Translations under genes and position numbers: made by a program
Shown here: piece after piece, positions 59,100 through 64,000 of the stretch
Position numbering within the stretch: the stretch's first letter is position 1
How the letters are laid out: each line of letters starts with the position of its first letter
Source: an uncultured Acidobacteriota bacterium
GTDB taxonomy: Bacteria; Acidobacteriota; Vicinamibacteria; Fen-336
Length of the DNA: 64,000 nt
Assembly (NCBI GenBank): GCA_963700695.1
Contig: CAVOYO010000019.1
Coordinates: 8,238-72,237, forward strand
Direction of reading: 5' to 3'
The notes under the pieces: generated by a model
Databases searched by the model: none
Told to the model about the DNA's origin: nothing
The model's input: only the letters and a program-made list of their open reading frames with translations

Positions 59100-59939
59100 G
59101 TGGGGGAGGGCGAGCCCCTCGGCGTGATCGCCGGCAACGGCCGCTTCCCCTTTCTGGCCGCGGCCGGGGCCCGCCGGGCCGGGCGTCGGGTCATCGCCCT
59201 CGCCATCCGGGAGGAGACGGACCCCGGGCTCGAGCCCGAGGTCGACGAGCTCCACTGGGTCGGGCTCGGTCAGCTCGGGCGCGCGATCGACATCCTCCGA
59301 CGGGCGGGCGTACGCGAGGCCCTGATGGCGGGGCAGGTCAAGCACCGTCAGATCTTCTCCGACATCGTGCCGGACCTGAAGCTGGTGGGCGTCCTCGCCC
59401 GGCTCGCCCTCCAGAACACCGACAGCCTGATCGGGGGAGTGGCGGATGCCCTCGCCCGCGAGGGCATCAAGCTGCTGCCGTCGGTGGCCTTCCTGGGCGA
59501 CCAGCTGGCGGAAGCGGGTGCGATGACCCGACGAAGGCCGTCGCGAGGCGAGAGGGCCGATCTGGAGTACGGGGAAACGGTGGCCCGCGCTCTCGCCGGG
59601 ATGGACCTGGGTCAGACCGTCGTCACCAAGGACCGCGCCGCCGTCGCGCTCGAGGCGATGGAGGGCACCGACGAGGTGATCCGGCGGGCCGGACGACTGG
59701 CTGGCCCGGGAACGACCGTGGTGAAGGTCTCGAAGCCCGGGCAGGACATGCGCTTCGACGTTCCCGTGGTCGGGGCGGGAACGCACGAGGCCATGGCCGA
59801 GGCCGGGTCCAGCGTCCTCGCGATCGACGCTGGCCGGACCCTGATGATCGACAAGACGGCCTTCCTCGAGCGGGCCGAGGCCGCCGGCATCGCGGTCTGG
59901 GGCCTCGAGGTGTCGGAGGCGAAAGGGGCGCGCGCGTGA
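59100..59939 (+). CDS. lpxI: UDP-2,3-diacylglucosamine pyrophosphatase
   Basis: GVIAGNGRFP, MAGQV, DLGQTVV, EAMEGTD, KPGQDMRFDVPVVG. Confidence 0.9.
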   Translation: MGEGEPLGVIAGNGRFPFLAAAGARRAGRRVIALAIREETDPGLEPEVDELHWVGLGQLGRAIDILRRAGVREALMAGQVKHRQIFSDIVPDLKLVGVLARLALQNTDSLIGGVADALAREGIKLLPSVAFLGDQLAEAGAMTRRRPSRGERADLEYGETVARALAGMDLGQTVVTKDRAAVALEAMEGTDEVIRRAGRLAGPGTTVVKVSKPGQDMRFDVPVVGAGTHEAMAEAGSSVLAIDAGRTLMIDKTAFLERAEAAGIAVWGLEVSEAKGARA

Positions 59940-60874
59940 GCGAAGGAGCGGTTCGGGTGGGCGTCGTCGGGGTCGGAGCGCTCGGTCGCCATCACACCCG
60001 GGTCTGGGCCTCTTCGCCCGGGGCCCGCCTGGTGGGGGTTCACGACATCGACGCGGCCCGAGCCGAGGCGGTGGCGAAGGAGTTCGACTGTCCGGTCCAC
60101 GCCGAGTTGGACGCCCTTCTGGAGCAGGCGGAGGCGGTGTCGGTGGCCGTCCCGACCGTCGACCACCACCCGGTCGGGCGCCGGGCCCTCGAGAGGGGGT
60201 GCGACGTCCTCCTCGAGAAGCCGATGACCGCGACCCTGGCGGAGGCGGATGACCTCGTGGCCCTGGCCGAGGACAAGCGCGCGGTCCTGCAAATCGGGCA
60301 CATCGAGCGCTTCAACCCGGCCACCGACGTGCTCCTCGCGGCGGTGAACGCCCCCCGCTTCATCGAGGTGCACCGGCTGGGGTCGTTCTCTGCCCGGAGC
60401 CTGGATGTGGACGTGGTGCTCGATCTGATGATCCACGACCTCGACATCGTCCTCGCCCTCGACGGCTCCGAGCCGACCCAGATCGAGGCCGTCGGGGTCC
60501 CCGTCCTGACGCCCCGAGTGGACATCGCGAACGCCAGGGTCCGATTCGGGTCCGGGCTCATCGCCAACCTCACCGCCAGTCGCGTGTCGGTGGAGAAGGT
60601 CCGCAAGTTTCGGGTGTTTGCCCCCCGCACCTACGTCTCCGTCGACTTCAGCTCCCGGGAGGCGCAGGTGTTCCGCCTCGAGCCTGACGACGGGGGCCGT
60701 CCCCGGATCGCCTCCGAGAAACGGGGCGCCCCCGAGCAGGAGCCGCTCCGACGGCAGATCGAGGCCTTCCTCGGTGCCGTGCGGGATCGGACCCCCCCGA
60801 CCGTCCCGGGGCAGGACGGGCGCCGGGCCCTCGCCCTCGCCCACCAGATCCTGGCCCGAATGGCTGAGGGCTGA
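59936..60874 (+). CDS. Gfo/Idh/MocA oxidoreductase (GnnA-like)
   Basis: GVVGVGALGRHH, LLEKPM, GHIERFNP, DVVLDLMIHDLD; located in the lpx operon. Confidence 0.85.
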   Translation: MSEGAVRVGVVGVGALGRHHTRVWASSPGARLVGVHDIDAARAEAVAKEFDCPVHAELDALLEQAEAVSVAVPTVDHHPVGRRALERGCDVLLEKPMTATLAEADDLVALAEDKRAVLQIGHIERFNPATDVLLAAVNAPRFIEVHRLGSFSARSLDVDVVLDLMIHDLDIVLALDGSEPTQIEAVGVPVLTPRVDIANARVRFGSGLIANLTASRVSVEKVRKFRVFAPRTYVSVDFSSREAQVFRLEPDDGGRPRIASEKRGAPEQEPLRRQIEAFLGAVRDRTPPTVPGQDGRRALALAHQILARMAEG

Positions 60875-61229
60875 GGCTCACCGAAGCCGTTACGTATCCT
60901 TTGAGGTGCGTGACGACTTCGATGACGTACCGCTGCCCCACCGAGGACCACGACCTGGCCTGGACCCCCTTGGGTCGCTCAGGTCGCCCGCTCGCGGGGA
61001 CGCTCGTCTCGGGCGTCGGCCTCTTCAAAGGAAGCAGCGCCCTCGCTCGCTCGATTCGCCCGCACGGGCTAACGGACATATCGCCCAGCGAAGCATTCAC
61101 GATGCGGAGCTCGACGCCCCGCTTAGCGGGCGCCTTCGCGCCCAGGCTCGATCCTTGTCGTGGTCCCTTGCCCCTCCGACCAGGAGCGGCCGTATCCAGA
61201 CTCGGCGTGGCTGCCGAGGCCCCGGGGCG

Positions 61230-61440
61230 TGGGGGGTCGATGAACAGGTGCGGTTGGCCACCAGGCCTAGGCTCGCCCGCGTGTCCTCTCCTTGGGGACA
61301 CGCGGGTGTACGGGGCCTATCTTGGACCTCCCCGGCCTGTCGGAGGCGACGCTCGCGCGTCGCAACTTACACTCGGGGTCGACGCTCGTCTCGCAAGCTC
61401 GACTTCGCGTCCCCCAAGCCCCCTACGTGGGGAGGGTTAG
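61230..61440. repeat. Family 1 repeat, copy G (inverted), left part; interrupted by the IS
   Basis: ggggggtcgatgaacagg...cccgcgtgtcctctccttggggacacgcggg...cccctacgtggggagggttAG. Confidence 0.9.
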
Positions 61441-61535
61441 TCAAGATGGGATGACCGGCTCCGATCGCGAGTTCGTAGGTTACGCTCCGATCGGCTTGAC
61501 CTGTAGCGCAGAGCTACAAACGAAAGGAGCCGGTC

Positions 61536-62670
61536 ATGGACAAGCATATCCGACACGTCGGGTTTGATGTGGACTCGGAGAAGATCGTGGTGGCGGTGGC
61601 GGAGCCTGGGGGTGAGGTCCGGTCAGTGGGAGCGGTCCCCCACAGTCGTGAGTCGGTTCGGCGGCTCGTGAAGAAGCTGGGGCCGGCGAAGCGGCTGCGG
61701 GTCTGCTACGAGGCGGGTCCTCATGGCTATGGGCTGTACTGGCAGCTGAGGGAGCTCGGAGTGCACTGCGACGTGGTGGCCCCGACGCTGGTGCCGGTCA
61801 AGGCCGGGGATCGTGTGAAGACGAACCGGCGGGACGCGTTGAAGCTGGCGCGGAGCTACCGGAGCGGGGACCTGACGCCGGTGTGGGTACCGGACGCGGA
61901 GCAGGAGGCCCTCCGAGACCTGGTGCGGGCGCGTGAGGTGGCGAAGAAGGATCAGCTGCGGGCGCGGCACCGGCTGGGGAAGTTTCTGCTGCGCCGCGGG
62001 CTGAGGGCTGGGGCGGGGGTGAAGAACTGGACGACGACACACCTGGCCTGGGTGCGGACGCTGCGCTTCGAGCAGCCGGCGCAGGAGGCGACGTTTGTGG
62101 ATTACCTGCACGAGGTGGAGCACGCGGCGGCGAGGATCGAGCGGCTGGAGAGGGCGATCGACCAGGCGGTGGAGAGTCTCTCGGAGGACAGAAGGGCCCT
62201 GGTGGCGGGGCTGCAGGCGTTGCGGGGGATCAAGCAGATCACGGCGGCGACGATCGTGGCGGAGCTGGGCGTGGTGTCCCGCTTCGAGCGGCCGAAGCTG
62301 CTGATGGGCTACAGCGGCATGGTCTCGAGCGAGGACTCTACGGGCGAGCCGGATCCGGCGCTTTGGGATCACCAAGACGGGCAACGCCCACCTGAGGCGG
62401 GTCGGCGGTGAGGCGGCCTGGGCCTACCAGTACCGGCCAGCGATGTCGCCGGCTCTGAAGAAGCGGCAGGAAGGGCTGAGCGAAGAGGTCAAGGAGATCG
62501 CTTGGAGGGCCCAGCACCGGCTGTGCTCCCGGTACCGACGGCTGCTGGCGAGGGGCAAGCTCAAGCAGGAGGCGATCACGGCGGTGGGCCGGGAGCTTTG
62601 GGGTTTCATCTGGGCGGTCGGGATGCAGGTGGAGAAGGAGCAGCGGCTGCGGCGCGGGCGCGCCGCCTGA
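61536..62670 (+). CDS. IS110-family DEDD recombinase/transposase (one +1 indel at ~62349)
   Basis: VGFDVD, VCYEAG, VKTNRRDA, YSGMVSSEDSTG; removing one C gives ERIRRFGITKTGNAHLRR...AITAVGREL; aaggag RBS. Confidence 0.92.
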
Positions 62671-62721
62671 GACGAACGGGGAAACGCAACGTAGTCACAA
62701 GGAAAAGAGGACCGGGACCTT

Positions 62722-62931
62722 TGGAGAGGAGCAGGCGGTGGTCGAGGGGCCTACGGAATGGAGGATCCTCGTTCTCCCTATGTGGCAGGGCCAATACCCT
62801 GATCCACGAAGTTAGTCCGAGGCAGCTCCCGACGGATCACGACCATGACGGCGGGCCCCAGGCTCGATCCGCGAATATCAGAGTGATCAACCGTCGAAAC
62901 AGCCGCCTCGACCGCCTCCTCCTCCGCTCCA
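62722..62931 (+). ncRNA. Predicted bridge RNA/seekRNA of the IS1111-type element
   Basis: Enclosing stem 62722-62747 / 62906-62931; target loop 62760-62829 (ttctccctat, gaagttagtc); donor loop 62831-62895 (gaccatgacg, gaatatcaga); loop strands match the target and donor sequences. Confidence 0.8.
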
Positions 62932-62954
62932 GGGGACACCCCCTACCTCGGGGC

Positions 62955-62960
62955 TTGACA
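62955..62960 (+). promoter_or_regulatory. -35 box (TTGACA) of the circle-junction promoter
   Basis: On circularisation: TTGACA-cggtcatcccatatcagt (18 nt)-CAAGAT, upstream of the transposase. Confidence 0.6.
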
Positions 62961-62975
62961 CGGTCATCCCATATC

Positions 62976-63020
62976 AGGGAGGGGGGTTATTGAACGATCA
63001 GGGTGGGGGGTCGATGAATG
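62976..63020. repeat. Family 1 repeat, copy G, right part
   Basis: AGggaggggggttattgaacgatc is the reverse complement of 23300-23323 with one mismatch. Confidence 0.88.
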
Positions 63021-63155
63021 ATTGGGGCCGCCTCGCCCCGAGACCTCGTAGCTCCCCTTGTGGAGAAATGCAACATCTTGTGTAGGCTTCTTGATCCATC
63101 TCCGGGGCGGGTGCTACTTTATGGGGTCCAGGATGGCCGTGGAGGCGGGAACAGG

Positions 63156-64000
63156 GTGCAGCGAGTCAATCAGCGGCAAGGGTTCCTCCTCTCGGCGATC
63201 GTTCACCTGACCCTGCTGATGATAGTGCTGGCCCAGCCGCCATCGACGCGCGCGCCCGAGGACCTCTCCGAGCTCGAGAGGAGGGAGGTCGTGTTCCTTC
63301 CGCCGGCGGAGGTGCTGCGCCAGCTCTTCCCCGCGCCCGCGGCCCCGGCGCGATCCCGCCCGGCCGTTCCCACCCCACCGCCCCAGTCCCAGGACCCGAC
63401 CAAGAAGGACCGGATCAGCATCGGGCCCCCGTCCGAGCTGCGGAGCACGGGACCGCTCATCCTCAGGCGGGAGGACGACCTCACCAAGGTGCCCAAGGGG
63501 CAGCCCGAGCCGCCGCCGCGACCCGCCCCGACCCCCGTCGCGCCCACTCCGGGACCGGCGGTGGCCCAACGTGGGGGAGAGACTCCGGAGACAAGGGGTC
63601 GGGAAGGGCTGCGACTCCCCCCGGGGCTCCTCGGGCCGTCGCCCCCGCACGGGGATGAGGGGACACGCCGGCGCCCGGAGGCATCGGCTCGTCCGTCGAC
63701 GGAGCGGTGGACGAGGTGGCGCGCCGATCCCGGGACACGCGCCTGGGGCTGCCCACAGGGACCGGAGAGAACCAGTACGGGCTCCGCTTCGACCCTCAGG
63801 GGGCGGACTTCACCCTGTGGATGAACGACTTCAAGAACCAGGTCTACCGTAACTGGAACGTGCCCCAGGCCGTGTTCCTGGGGTACGGAGGGCCATGTCG
63901 ACTTCGAGTTCACCGTTGAGAGGGACGGATCGATGTCGGCGCTTCGGATGCTGAAGACGTCCGGGACGGATTCGCTGGATCGGGCGGCACGAAACGCGCT
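63156..64000 (+). CDS. TonB-family energy transducer (indels near 63690 and 63890; truncated at the window end)
   Basis: TM helix with SAIVH (SxxxH), Pro-rich linker, FDPQGADFTLWM..FKNQVYRNW.VP, ...KTSGTDSLDRAA. Confidence 0.75.

Larger units (their letters stand above)
61439..62977 (+). mobile_element. IS110-family (IS1111-type) insertion sequence
   Basis: Perfect 12-bp sub-terminal IRs atgggatgaccg (61446-61457) / cggtcatcccat (62961-62972); AG core at both ends; removing the element restores the repeat seen at 23300-23342; long 3' non-coding region. Confidence 0.92.

Noticed and set aside
62340-62360. Programmed frameshift in the IS110 transposase
   Set aside because: No slippery sequence; IS110 transposases are single ORFs; one extra C explains it

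Overview
The window joins two unrelated genomes at about 7,100. Bases 1 to ~7,100 have moderate GC (a sampled line is 29/60) and look eukaryotic, probably diatom/stramenopile. They carry a secreted alpha/beta-hydrolase, a Cys-knot/APTP/metallophosphoesterase gene and a frameshifted gene with seven near-identical 126-bp WD40 repeats that vary only at a few residues. From ~7,100 to 64,000 the sequence is high-GC (a sampled line is 44/60), gene-dense diderm bacterial core genome, by inference Acidobacteriota/Vicinamibacteria-like. It includes alaS, recX, pilT, ilvE, pta, hrcA-grpE-dnaK-dnaJ-prmA-rsmE, tRNA-Gly, pgsA, bamD, rpe, rsmB-fmt-def, aroC, ampG, an ECF sigma/anti-sigma pair, an S55 peptidase operon, ribH-nusB-lysS-lolCDE-clpC-bamA-skp, a FabZ-LpxA fusion, lpxI, a gnnA-like gene and tonB. 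Scattered single-base indels look like sequencing error. Intergenic spaces hold two families of palindromic/MITE-like repeats. The main find is an IS110/IS1111-family element (61439-62977) inserted into one repeat copy at an AG/CT core. Its 3' non-coding region folds into two internal loops whose unpaired strands match the target site and the element's own joined ends. This is a readable bridge-RNA-type programmable recombinase system, with an empty target site elsewhere in the window.
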